From Chromera velia (taxonomy: Eukaryota), in assembly GCA_018398765.1 (NCBI GenBank), contig JAHBMJ010000495.1, forward strand, positions 1 to 46,440: a stretch of 46,440 nucleotides of DNA. Direction: 5' to 3'. This document shows, one piece after another, positions 36,469 to 46,440 of the stretch. The notes beneath the pieces were generated by a model. It did not search any database, was not told the origin of the DNA, and saw only the letters and a program-made list of their open reading frames with translations. Within the stretch, counting starts at the first letter, position 1; each line of letters starts with the position of its first letter. Position numbers and translations under genes: made by a program.

Positions 36469-39400
36469 GAGAGAGAGAGAGAGGAAGGAAGGGCAGGTAG
36501 ACAAACAAACATAAGGAGAGCGATCCCCTTGAAAGAAGGCACCAACGAACGAAAGTACTCTAGAGAACAGAAGTGCACCCCCTTTACACTCTGACCTGTC
36601 CGGGTGTCAGTTGATCCAGACGCTTCTCGAGGGCATACTCCACCAGGATCCTGCAGAAGGGCAGGCAGGGCACCGTACAAAGGGGGCAAAGGAGACTCTT
36701 GTAAACAATGGGAGGAGAAACGGCATAGGTCTATCCAAAAGTCTCACAAAATTGGCAGAGACCAGAAGACCCGAAGAGATTCTCTGTCGCCTACGGAAAC
36801 TGCCAAGAAGACTCCGCTGGGCAAGCAAAGCGAAAAAAATCCCTACAGAAAGCATCCTTCCCACGGTCCACTAACCGGTGGTCCACCACAGCTGCCGCAA
36901 CAGCCGCCGCAGGAAAAGGCAGCAGGAGGCTCATCCTGACAATATACCGATCTTGTGGTACCTTCTGAAATGCGACTGTAACTCGTAGAGGCGCCAGTTC
37001 TCGGGGGACCTCCACATGCCTCCAGGGTCCCCCCATGCCCCCCCCGTCCCTCCACTCTGTACCCTCCGCCCCTGTCAGCACTACTCTGTACACGGGCTGC
37101 AGAGACAAAAACGCAGCGCCTCCCGGAATGGCCCCAGGATGATGTCCCCCCCCCGGGGCTTGCACATGCCCTTGTCTCTCCTGCTGAGTAGGACTCGGGA
37201 TCATCCCCGGATCTTCCTCAGTCCCTGGCGACGAGACGCCATCTGCCGCCCTCGATGCCCCCCCTTCCTCCCTCTCCCTCTCTGCATCAACGTCAGAAGC
37301 CCCCGTATCCACATGCAAAGGGCCCCCTACTTCACCCGAGATCCCCTCAGGAGGAGACACCGGGATCGGGACAGGACGAAGAGAATCAAGCTGAAAAGTC
37401 GCCAGACACGTCTGCAGATTCAATTCAAATGAAGAAGAAGAAGAAGAAGAAGTTCATACATCCACATTCATTGCGCACACAAGCCCTACCCCCCCCAGCC
37501 ACCCCCCCTACCTGTAGCATGGTGAACATCTGTTCCGTCTTCTCTTCATGGTCCCTTCTTGAAATGAAGGCACTCGAGGCGCCGCCACGTGCCCCCGCCT
37601 GCCCCCCCTGCTGCCCCCCCTNNNNNNNNNNNNNNNNNNNNNNNNNNNNNNNNNNNNNNNNNNNNNNNNNNNNNNNNNNNNNNNNNNNNNNCCCCCTGCT
37701 GCCCCCCCTGCTGCCCCCCATGCCCACTCTGTTGCCCCTGCTGCCCCCCATGCCCAGGGTGCTGCCCCTGGTGTCCTCCCACACTCCCACCCGAGGTGCT
37801 TCCTGCCCTCCCGGAAGATCCCGGAGGTGCCCCCCCGGCCCCCGGCATCGGCCCTTGCCCCTGTACACTCCCGTTTGCGGTGCCCTGGCGTGTCAGCAGA
37901 CCCAGCCCCGCCGCCGCAGCCCCAGCCGCGGAGGTGGGCGACGCAGCATGGGACGGGTGGCCAAGTCCCCCATGCGCATGTGTGTGCGTATGGGGGGAGG
38001 GGGAGGCGGGAGTGAAGTGTTGCTGCCGCTCACTTGCGGCCTCTGCCGAGGGGAGGGGCACGAGGAAGCGGGAGGTCTCCGCGCGCATACGGACGGCTCG
38101 CCATCGCAGGAATTCAGCAAAGCCTTGCTCGTCCTGAGAAAGTACAAGAAGAAAAAGGAATGAGAAAGATGGAAACGAAAGAGAACGAGAAGGTCTGCAT
38201 GCATGCCACATTGATAAATGAACAGCGTAGCTTTTTGATCCGTGAAAGAAAGAGATGGGAGCCTTGCCCTTCTTATTTTTCTGTCCGTCTGTCTGTTTTT
38301 CGCTTGATCTGGGTTCCAGCACAAATTCTTCACAGTCTGCCTGCATGTCTGACCGACAGACAAAGCCTCTCTGCCTGACAGGTATTGGTAGACACTGGGC
38401 AAGCCGGACAGACATCCAGAGAGAGACTTGTTGCCTGCCTGCCTGCCTGTCAGACTGCCTGACTGACCGGAAGCACGACTGCCATTTGCCGACGAGAGAG
38501 GCGTCTCGAGAGAACGGAGAGCAAGAGAAAGGCGTCCAGACTGCATTTCGAACAAAAACAATGTTCAGTTGTCCAGGACAAAGGCAGCAAAAGTCTCAAA
38601 TCGACAGAGCAGGAAGGGGTGGGCAGAAAGGAAGGCAGGGAGAGAGAGGAGCGGCCGGGGGTCGCGCCTGATGCACAATCGTTTGTCAAGGCACTGACCT
38701 ACCGATTGGATGAGTGCCTTATGCACAGGTGTCTGTGCAATGCCATTTTTTGGAGTTCCGTCTGGGGGTCTAGGGAGCAGAGCACAGCTGCACTTGTGGG
38801 CGCATCGCTGTAGGTCTCGAAATGCACCAGCAGGCGGATCAACCCAAGGGCGGCTGAGCAGGAGACAGTGGAGTAGTCCAGACCCCCTGCTTCAAAAATC
38901 AATCCTGCAGGGGATCGAATGAGACAAAAGGGACTTTGAAAAGAACACAAAAATTACATATGGATGGAGAAGCCTTTCCTTCCCTTCCCTTCTCCCCCCC
39001 CTGACCGTTTGAGCAGTCCCCCACAAGGAGCAGTCGGAGATCGCCCTCGCATAGTTTGGGCTTTGCGGTCAGCATCCAGCTTTCGAAATCTCGTAAAGTC
39101 GCCACCTGCATCACAAGGAAGAAGCGAAATGGTGAGGATAGGAAAGGGAAAGGGAACAGAGGGGTCGGGCACCAGCACTCACAGAACCACAAAATGCAAG
39201 AGTGATAGATGAAAGAAATTCACCAGAGTGCCTCCTCACAAAATTGTGGAAAGTCACGGAGAGAAACCTCAACAGGCTAAAGACCCCCTGAAAAACCGAC
39301 TCGCTGTGTTTGACCGAGGACTATCAAAGGATTGAAAGTTCAAGAAAGAACTTCAAATCAACTCGGAGACAAGCTTCCTTCCCCCTTCCCTGGACTTTCT

Positions 39401-40093
39401 GACTGACCGACCTTGTTGTTGGAGTATTCGTCCAAATCCTGCAACAGCTGCAGCACCCGTTGACCCTCTGGGGTGGCGGAGGCCTCCAGGGGAGGGGGGG
39501 CGTCGGCGCCTCCGGGGGCTCTGGAAGCACCCCCCCTCTCCCCGTCTCCCCCGTGACCGGTACGGCCTTCAGCCAAAGCCGAGGGCAGTCTCCTCAATGT
39601 GGTGCCGTCGGGTGCTCCTAGCAGATTCGCACCCCCTTGTCCCCCCACAGTCTGCTGGGATGATCGTCTGGGAGGTAGGCCCTGTGGCGGCGCCATGTCT
39701 GTCTGTTCGTTCTTTCCGGGAAGGTCGAAGGGAGGAGACGTGACTTGTGCCTCAGCCTCCAGGTGCAGGAGCTGCTGTCTGACTGACTCCGGAAGTTCCA
39801 GGAACAGAGCGACCTCCTCACAGAGGGCGATGACCGGGTTGAAGTTCAAAAGAACGTTCAGGTAATTCTCCAGATCCTGCACACGCATTAAAAGGTGAAA
39901 GCGACACACATACGGTACATACATACAAGCATGTGCATAGAGGGCCTATGCTTGGAGGTATACACACCATCGCATGCATTGACGCAAACAGACAGACGAG
40001 GCGAAAGGGGCAAAACGATCCGAGATGAGAACAAAAGGGCACAGGAGACCGTGTGAGGGAAGGAAGGTGCGGAGCTCTGTATCAAAAACAGAG

Positions 40094-40131
<38 letters not shown>

Positions 40132-40537
40132 GGCTGGTTATCACGTCGCCCCCCCCCCTGCTGACCTGTCTCCTCCCTTCGACGAAGACGGGGTCCATGA
40201 CACCTGTGATTCTCTTCGGAGGGAACGCTGGGAGCGCAGCGTGTGGGAACCTCTTTTGAAGAGTCTGGTGGAGGTCGTGGAATTTCGAGTATCTTCTGTA
40301 GATCACCCACCGCGTCACCTCCCCAGGCACCAGTTGGCCCTCAGCACCCACTGCGGCTGCATTGCCGGGACCCTCCCGCATGTTCAGATTGGCAGAGGGG
40401 GAGGGGAAGGTGCATGTGAGCTGAATGCAGTAGTTGGTGAACGCTTTCCGGTACTCTGTGTAGGAAGTCTCCACACCCGAAATCTCCGCGTGGAGAATTC
40501 CATGTAGAGCCCCAGAACCTGCGTAGCTTGCGCTCAT
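33562..40537 (-). CDS. PX-domain protein with a putative START-like lipid-binding domain and disordered tail, ~1430 aa; exons 40537-40166, 39876-39412, 39105-39006, 38904-38703, 38540-38468, 38133-37512 (spans N gap), 37411-36876, 36650-36596, 36301-36252, 36061-35966, 35709-35209, 34798-33562
   Basis: PX signature WVIYRRYSKFHDLHQTLQKRFP...LPAFPPK...FVEGRRQDLENYLNVLL...VALFLE. All junction phases are compatible apart from the N gap. Later exons give START-like segments (RSHWISKL, MTCLRAVRYRPDEGSVFVSLASVPH, LEIKSAGMLILPV). Confidence 0.82.
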
Positions 40538-41389
40538 CGTTCCAACCTAGGCCGTCTCTGTCTCTGAATTTCTGCTCTCCGTCCTCAGCAAGGACGAATG
40601 GATGAGAAAGAGCGTTCCCACATCGATCGGAAGATCTGAGAGTAACGAAGGAAAAGTCGCGTAGACGGGTTCTCTTGCGTACTGCTGCCGCGGTCCTTGA
40701 CAAAGCTCAATGCAAGCCAGGCGCGAAAGCTGCACAATTAAATGCCCTCTAAATTGATGAAAGACATCTACAGAGGCGTCGTGCTCAAGTGGTCATGAAT
40801 GACTCATTATGGCTTCGATATGGCTTCGACACTTGAATCGACGTACATGCTTCGACGAAATCCGACACCCGTCTCCTATAGAGGGCGTCAGGCTCGACTG
40901 CATGGAGACGGCAATCACTCCTGACACCCCTATAATTTTGAAGACGACCCGACTCGTCTTGGCCCCCCCCCCCCACCACCACCACGGCCTATTTGAAAAC
41001 ACGACTCGTCTCCGGGCGGTGGGCCCACCACCACCACCACGTCGACCAGTCGTCTTTTGGCCCGCGGCCGCGCGGGAGCCATGCACGCCTTGACGCATAT
41101 ATATGCAATGACGAAGGTCAGACATTTTTCTACTCGAAGGTCGAGGAGGTCAAGGAAGTCCACGCGGTCACACCAAGTCAGCTTCGAACGTCCTGTGCAG
41201 TCCCCAGGAGGAGTTGTGATGGGGTCACGACTGCCGATTTGCCATCGACTCGCACGATACCTCAAACGTTCTGAGTCAGTCAGTTACTTATCTTACGCAC
41301 ATGTAGATGATCATAAAACAATGGAACCGGGTTTCTCTGCACTTTCTCATCTTCGCCCCCCCAGCTGCATTCAGTAAAGCAACGGTCCC

Positions 41390-41582
41390 CTACTGTTGAG
41401 TTTTGGTATACAACACGCTTGGCTGCTCAGACGATTTGGCTGCCTCGCCCACCAGTATGTCACCCACTTCAAGCAGACTTTGGGCATGTGATGGGCGCAG
41501 AGAAGCCAAGTTTCCTGCGGCCAGTATCGGAGGCAGCTCCCTGGTGACAGGCCGTTTTGTTGCAGCTTGCTCTCTCGCCAAC
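41390..41582 (-). CDS. Downstream exon of the element-encoded protein (RLAREQAATKRPVTRELPPILAAG...TQQ*)
   Basis: The phase-2 donor CACAG|GTTAGA at 42179 matches the acceptor ACTAACCAG| at 41583. The intervening intron is filled with (GACT)n repeats. Confidence 0.55.
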
Positions 41583-41584
41583 CT

Positions 41585-42164
41585 GGTTAGTCAGTCAGTC
41601 AGTCAGTCAGTCAGTCAGTCAGTCAGTTAGTCAGTCAGGATATGTGCGTATGTCTACATGTATGTGTGTCTGTATCCCCTCCTTACCACTATCGGAGGGG
41701 GCACACAGCAATGTAGGCACTGAGGGAGGCACCAAGGCAGAAACACCAGCCAGTAAGTCAGTCAGTCAGTCATAAAATCAGGCAGTCAATCCCTCAGACA
41801 GTCAGTCAGTCAGCCGGTCAATCAGTCAGTCAGTCAGTCAGAGGGGGCACACAGAAATGTAGGCACTGAGAGAGGTACCAAGGCAGACACACCGGCCAGC
41901 CAGTCAGTCAGTTAGTCAGTCAGTCAGTCAGTCAGTCGGTCGGTCAGTCAGTCAGTCAGTCAGTCAGTCAGTTAGTCAGTCAGTCAGTCAGTCAGTCAGT
42001 CAATCAGTCACTCACTCCCTCCCTCCCTCCCTCACTCACTCACTCACTCACTCACTCACTCAGTCAGTCAGTCAGTCAGTCACTCACTCACTCACTCACT
42101 CACTCACTCAGTCAGTCAGTCAGCCAGCTAGCCAGCCAGCCAGCCAGCCAGCTAGCCAGTCAGT
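41585..42164. repeat. (AGTC)n/(ACTC)n/(AGCC)n microsatellite intron with two ~60-bp direct repeats (near 41695 and 41841)
   Basis: Visible tandem units. GAGGGGGCACACAG..ATGTAGGCACTGAG..AGG.ACCAAGGCAGA is duplicated. Confidence 0.9.
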
Positions 42165-43809
42165 CATGGAGGTCTAACCTGTGGGGGTGCTTTACAGGGA
42201 AAGTCGCTGGCCAGGAGCTTTTGAAGGTGTTGGAGAGGTGCAGGTTGAACGGCTTTTCACTGCCTGTCTCACTGTCCCACTCGTTCTTGTTCAAGAGATA
42301 TGCTTGCATCCCTGCACATTTTCTTCCTCCTCCGTGCAGGTGACTTGAGGGTGCATGGAGGTCTAAGCAGTGGGGGTGTTTTACAGGGAAAGTCGCTGGC
42401 CAGGAGCTTTTGAACGTTTTGAAGAGCCACAGGTTGGACGGCTTTTCACTGCCTGTCTCACTGTTCCACTCGTTCTGGTTCAAGAGATATGCTTGCATGT
42501 CTGCACATTTTCTTCCTTCTCCGTGCAGGTGACTTGAGGGTGCATGGAGGTCTAAGCAGTGGGGGTGCTTTACAGGGAAAGTCGCTGGCCAGGAGCTTTT
42601 GAAGGTTTTGAAGAGGCACAGGTTGGACGGCTTTTCACTGCCTGTCTCATTGTTCCACTCCTTCTCGTTTAAGAGATATGCTTGCATGTCTGCACATTTT
42701 CTTCCTTCTCCGTGCAGGTGACTTGAGGGTGCATGGAGGTCTAAGCAGTGGGGGTGCTTTACAGGGAAAGTCGCTGGCCAAGAGCTTTTGAAAGTTTTGA
42801 AGAGGCACAGGTTGGACGGCTTTTCACTGCCTGTCTCACTGTCCCACTCGTTCTTGTTCAAGAGATATGCTTGCATCCCTGCACATTTTCTTCCTTCTCC
42901 GTGCAGGTGACTTGAGGGTGCATGGAGGTCTAAGCAGTGGGGGTGCTTTACAGGGAAAGTCGCTGGCCAGGAGCTTTTGAACGTTTTGAAGAGCCACAGG
43001 TTGGACGGCTTTTCACTGCCTGTCTCANNNNNNNNNNNNNNNNGACGAGTTAGAAGCTGAAATTTTAGCTGTAAAGCCCTCTAACATAAACTAATTACTG
43101 CCTTTAAAATCTTTTTTATGCTAGAGAAAAAAAATGTTAGAATGCAATATTGTTTGGGAGGTTAGAAGTGCGGTCACTTTCACTATAGGGAACTTACTTC
43201 ATTTTACGACTGAAAAAGTAAATATCTGTAATTTTTGAACCAGGACGAGTTAGAAGCTGAAATTTTAGCTGTAAAGCCCTCTAACATAAACTAATTACTG
43301 CCTTTAAAATCTTTTTTATGCTAGAGAAAAAAAATGTTAGAATGCAATATTGTTTGGGAGGTTAGAAGTGCGGTCACTTTCACTATNTTTTGAAGGTTTT
43401 GAAGAGGCACAGGTTGGACGGCTTTTCACTGCCTGTCTCACTGTTCCACTCGTTCTGGTTCAAGAGATATGCTTGCATGTCTGCACATTTTCTTCCTTCT
43501 CCGTGCAGGTGACTTGAGGGTGCATGGAGGTCTAAGCAGTGGGGGTGCTTTACAGGGAAAGTCGNTGCTTTACAGGGAAAGTCGCTGGCCAGGAGGTTTT
43601 GAAGGTTTTGAAGAGGCACAGGTTGGACGGCTTTTCACTGCCTGTCTCATTGTTCCACTCCTTCTCGTTTAAGAGATATGCTTGCATGTCTGCACATTTT
43701 CTTCCTTCTCCGTGCAGGTGACTTGAGGGTGCATGGAGGTCTAAGCAGTGGGGGTGCTTTACAGGGAAAGTCGTTGGCCAAGAGCTTTTGAACATTTTGA
43801 AGAGCCACG
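42165..43809 (-). repeat. 189-bp (63-codon) tandem array, at least ~6.5 copies, interrupted by N gaps
   Basis: The unit start CATGGAGGTCTAA recurs at 42165, 42354, 42543, 42732 and 42921, with more copies at 43388-43809. One minus-strand frame is open throughout. Confidence 0.95.
43043..43386. repeat. AT-rich 200-bp tandem duplication between N gaps
   Basis: GGACGAGTTAGAAGCTGAAATTTTAGC...CACTTTCACTAT starts at 43043 and again at 43243. Confidence 0.9.
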
Positions 43810-45311
43810 AGGAAGGTGCTGAGCAGCTTTCTGGCGGGAGCGGAATGAGCAGACACTCCCACCACCACTGCTTGCCACTCTGGGCCAAGAGGTGCCCGCG
43901 TGTTTCCTGTGAGTCGCTCAACCATACATCTCGCCAACTGCAGGAAAGGCTGGTTAAAAAGTTTTTCTTTGTAACAATCAAAAAACTTGCTGAGCAGCTT
44001 GTCCCCTGTCAATTCCCCATACTTCGCCTGCAGTGCTCTATTCTCCTCAAATACTTTTCTGAAATGGGTGTGGCCTTTGCAGCGATCCACCACACCCAAA
44101 CACACGGGCACCACCAGCCCTGCCTCGGCAAGAGTGGGACGGTTGTAGGACTTTGTTGAATGCAGCAAGGCGGTCTCTTCGGGGGAGAAAGGGGTGAGGA
44201 CCCCAGCTGCTGCCTCCAACACCTTCGAATCCAAAAGTGCTTTCACCTGTCCAAAAGAGGAGACGGCCTTATAGATCTTCTCATTAGTGAGAGGGGACTG
44301 TTTGGGCGAGAGATTCTCAAGTGACTCGCAATGAAAGCACTGCGGCCACTCTCGTTGCCCTACTGGAAGAGACGTCCTCATGCTAAGCTTCGTCGGGTTG
44401 CCGTCCACATCGACAGCCTGTGCAGTGCAGAGAATGGCATGAATGGTAAACATCCCTGGACCGGGGATGACAATCTTAAATTTTGACCCCACCACTCCAC
44501 TGTAGACCTGCAAGTATGAGGTGTATGCGTATTGTTCCTCCAGCGTCTTCAATCTTGCTCCCCCCCCTCTCACCAACAAAACGCCCTTGCAGGGTTTGAC
44601 GGGTTCGACAGGAGACGGCGGGGGAGGTGGAGGAGCAAACTCTGATGAAGGCTGTAGGTTTGGGTTGGAAGACGATGAAGAAGCGTGCGCTGCGGCAGCA
44701 GTGGGAGAGGTGGAGCTGGTTTCAATGCGTGGTTTTTTTGCAGGCTGCTGACTGAATCCGAATCGCCCCCCCCACCGGGCCTTGTTGGCCTCTACTTTCG
44801 CTTTGTCTTCAACTTTCTGGATGTGTCCTTTGCTTTTCATATGCTGATTATCAAAAGCTGAGGTCTTTGCACCATGCTGCAAAGCTGTCGTCACGTTGCA
44901 AAGAGTGCATCTCAGCACGTGTTTGCCTGCCTTATCTATTCCATCATACTTCACAACCGCTTTATTCTGGTTCACCCAAGTTTGGTTGAACTGAGGGGGA
45001 AAACTGTTTTCCTCTTCTTCCTGTTTTGAAGTCATTGTGTCAACGGGCTCAACACCTTTTGCAAGTCTGGGTCTACGTCTGAGTACAAGTCTTGTCCAGG
45101 CGCGTCTGAGTTTCAACGAAAGGAGCAAAGTGTCTTTGAGTAATGAGTTTATATTCTGATGGCTTGTGGAATCAATGTGGATATATGGAGGTTTCAATCG
45201 GTTCAAATTCCTTGGAGACGGCAGAGACGGATCAACGATTTTTACCATGGAGACGAGGGTGGTCGTCAATGGCTGCGGCGGCGGCAGCCACCACCACCAC
45301 GGCCACCTCAA
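43647..45311 (-). CDS. Zinc-finger, transposase-like protein, N-terminal part; true start probably a downstream ATG
   Basis: 554-aa ORF with CTLC...QHMKSKGH (C2H2 finger), a second cluster PCKG...IHAILC...QCFHCESL, and a helical segment FLQLARCMVERLTGN...SAPARKLL. It lies between the inverted repeats. No catalytic DDE region is visible. Confidence 0.6.
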   Translation of the reverse strand: MRWPWWWWLPPPQPLTTTLVSMVKIVDPSLPSPRNLNRLKPPYIHIDSTSHQNINSLLKDTLLLSLKLRRAWTRLVLRRRPRLAKGVEPVDTMTSKQEEEENSFPPQFNQTWVNQNKAVVKYDGIDKAGKHVLRCTLCNVTTALQHGAKTSAFDNQHMKSKGHIQKVEDKAKVEANKARWGGRFGFSQQPAKKPRIETSSTSPTAAAAHASSSSSNPNLQPSSEFAPPPPPPSPVEPVKPCKGVLLVRGGGARLKTLEEQYAYTSYLQVYSGVVGSKFKIVIPGPGMFTIHAILCTAQAVDVDGNPTKLSMRTSLPVGQREWPQCFHCESLENLSPKQSPLTNEKIYKAVSSFGQVKALLDSKVLEAAAGVLTPFSPEETALLHSTKSYNRPTLAEAGLVVPVCLGVVDRCKGHTHFRKVFEENRALQAKYGELTGDKLLSKFFDCYKEKLFNQPFLQLARCMVERLTGNTRAPLGPEWQAVVVGVSAHSAPARKLLSTFLVALQNVQKLLANDFPCKAPPLLRPPCTLKSPARRRKKMCRHASISLKREGVEQ

Positions 45312-46102
45312 CCATACGTCTCGGGCCCAGGTCGGCGGCGACTCCTCACCACCACCACGACGTATATAAGACGGTCAATGTATTGATGTCAGGAGTGATT
45401 GCAAGAATACCCGATTAATTATAGTGGAAATGACGCACGCGCAGTGATGCACGCACGTCGAGATCCGATTTCTGCTACATGTTTAAGCGTTACATCGATC
45501 TCCCCCCCCAAAATTTGAAGAGCGCGATATGCAACTGCGTGCGTTCTCAGGGCCTCTCGGCTGAGCCCAGCAAAGCTGAGCTGCCCCCCGAGGCGATAGG
45601 CACCCCGCGTGGTCCCTATGCATGATACAGCAGAAGCAATGCTCTCATGCATGCGATCTCAGCAAGTGTCTGACCTTCAAATCAGGAGGCTTCAATACAT
45701 AAGTTTTTGAATCTTCTGACGTTGAAGCTGGCAGAGCTTGCTTCCCCCACCCACATCCATACTTCCCATACAAATACTACGTGTCTTTGTAGAGTGCATA
45801 GGCGATGCTATTAAAGCGAGTAACCCGAGTCAGTAAATGTTTGCTGGTGACACGCGCGCATACTGTCTCAGTAATACGTGCTGAACGGCGACGCACCTCG
45901 AGCTCCTTCCGAAAGGCTGTCGGCATGCATGAAAGCGCCCATTGTAGCTGCACGTAGAATGTGTAGATAAAGACATCACTAAGCCTCTATCTGGACGAGA
46001 CTTCGTGCTTGCATGCTTACCGTCCTCCCCGAGGCTGCAGAGCTGTTGTGTACTTGCCTCACTGTAGTGGTCCTGGATATACATTTGAATTGAAGCCGGA
46101 CA

Positions 46103-46440
46103 ATGCGGAAACACTCTGGCAGACAAGGGAGGCCGATATGTGGTGCGCCTGCACTGCTTCTTCTGGTGCTTTTCATGACTGTGGTTGCTGTGGTACGGTC
46201 TGAGATTTTCTGTGCCAAGCCGAACTGCAAGGGCGAGGTTGCTGCGAACATCTCGCCTGACTTTTTTGAGTACTCCCCAGAGACCGACAAGAACCAGGTG
46301 GGCCTGTCAGGATCCCACATCCTGATCGTTGGAGACTCTAGAGGGATGGGGAAGGCTGCACTGATGCGGTTGATCCAGGTGGTAGGGAGCGAAGGGAGAA
46401 TCCTGGGGGCCTCCAGGACTCTGGTTGAGAGGCTCTCTGA
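46103..46440 (+). CDS. Short-chain dehydrogenase/reductase with N-terminal signal/anchor, 5' part only (missing from the ORF track)
   Basis: Open frame MRKHSGRQGRPICGAPALLLLVLFMTVVAVVRSEIF...LSGSHILIVGDSRGMGKAALMRL...ILGASRT, with a Rossmann GxxxGxG motif. Runs off the window end. Confidence 0.75.
   Translation, partial: MRKHSGRQGRPICGAPALLLLVLFMTVVAVVRSEIFCAKPNCKGEVAANISPDFFEYSPETDKNQVGLSGSHILIVGDSRGMGKAALMRLIQVVGSEGRILGASRTLVERLS

Larger units (their letters stand above)
40911..45402 (-). mobile_element. Putative DNA transposon bounded by 16-bp inverted repeats, probably defective
   Basis: GCAATCACTCCTGACA at 40911-40926 and TGTCAGGAGTGATTGC at 45387-45402. CCACCACCACCACG motifs occur twice near each end. 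It encloses a Zn-finger ORF. No TSD found. Confidence 0.6.

Noticed and set aside
37255..38163. 302-aa and 182-aa Pro/Cys-rich plus-strand ORFs
   Set aside because: Antisense of the Gly/Gln-rich PX-gene exon, and they span an N gap.
42340..43000. Plus-strand reading of the array as a repeated 93-bp exon plus 96-bp intron (TTCTCCGTGCAG|GTGAC...CACAG|GTTGG)
   Set aside because: The splice-like signals are present, but the 93-bp segment has a TGA stop in all three frames.
42165..43809. CRISPR-like array
   Set aside because: The units are contiguous 189-bp near-identical repeats with no unique spacers, there are no cas genes, and the context is eukaryotic.

Overview
Eukaryotic, intron-rich genomic DNA with GT-AG introns packed with (CA)n, (GA)n, (GACT)n and (TCAT)n microsatellites and several N gaps. 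The style resembles a chromerid alveolate such as Chromera, which is an inference only. Most ORFs in the supplied track are microsatellite or antisense artefacts. By matching splice phases by hand I reconstructed about 10 genes arranged as five head-to-head pairs: coiled-coil protein(-)/putative secreted orphan(+); signal-peptide GNAT acetyltransferase(-)/multi-exon orphan(+); ankyrin-like repeat protein(-)/CoA-type Nudix hydrolase(+); GINS subunit Sld5(-)/PTC7-type PP2C phosphatase(+); PX+START-like protein(-)/SDR oxidoreductase(+, runs off the window). Two of the AT-rich tail-to-tail spacers hold small inverted-repeat elements: a ~370-bp foldback palindrome, a 295-bp MITE, and a 1.5-kb element carrying two nested CTAGG-ended MITEs with 8-bp target duplications. 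The most unusual region is a ~4.5-kb segment (40911-45402) bounded by 16-bp inverted repeats. It holds a zinc-finger, transposase-like ORF whose 3' part is expanded into a 189-bp (63-codon) tandem array that splices in phase to a downstream exon. A ~200-bp piece of the ankyrin-like gene is also copied, inverted, just upstream of the phosphatase gene. No CRISPR array, rRNA or intact tRNA was seen.
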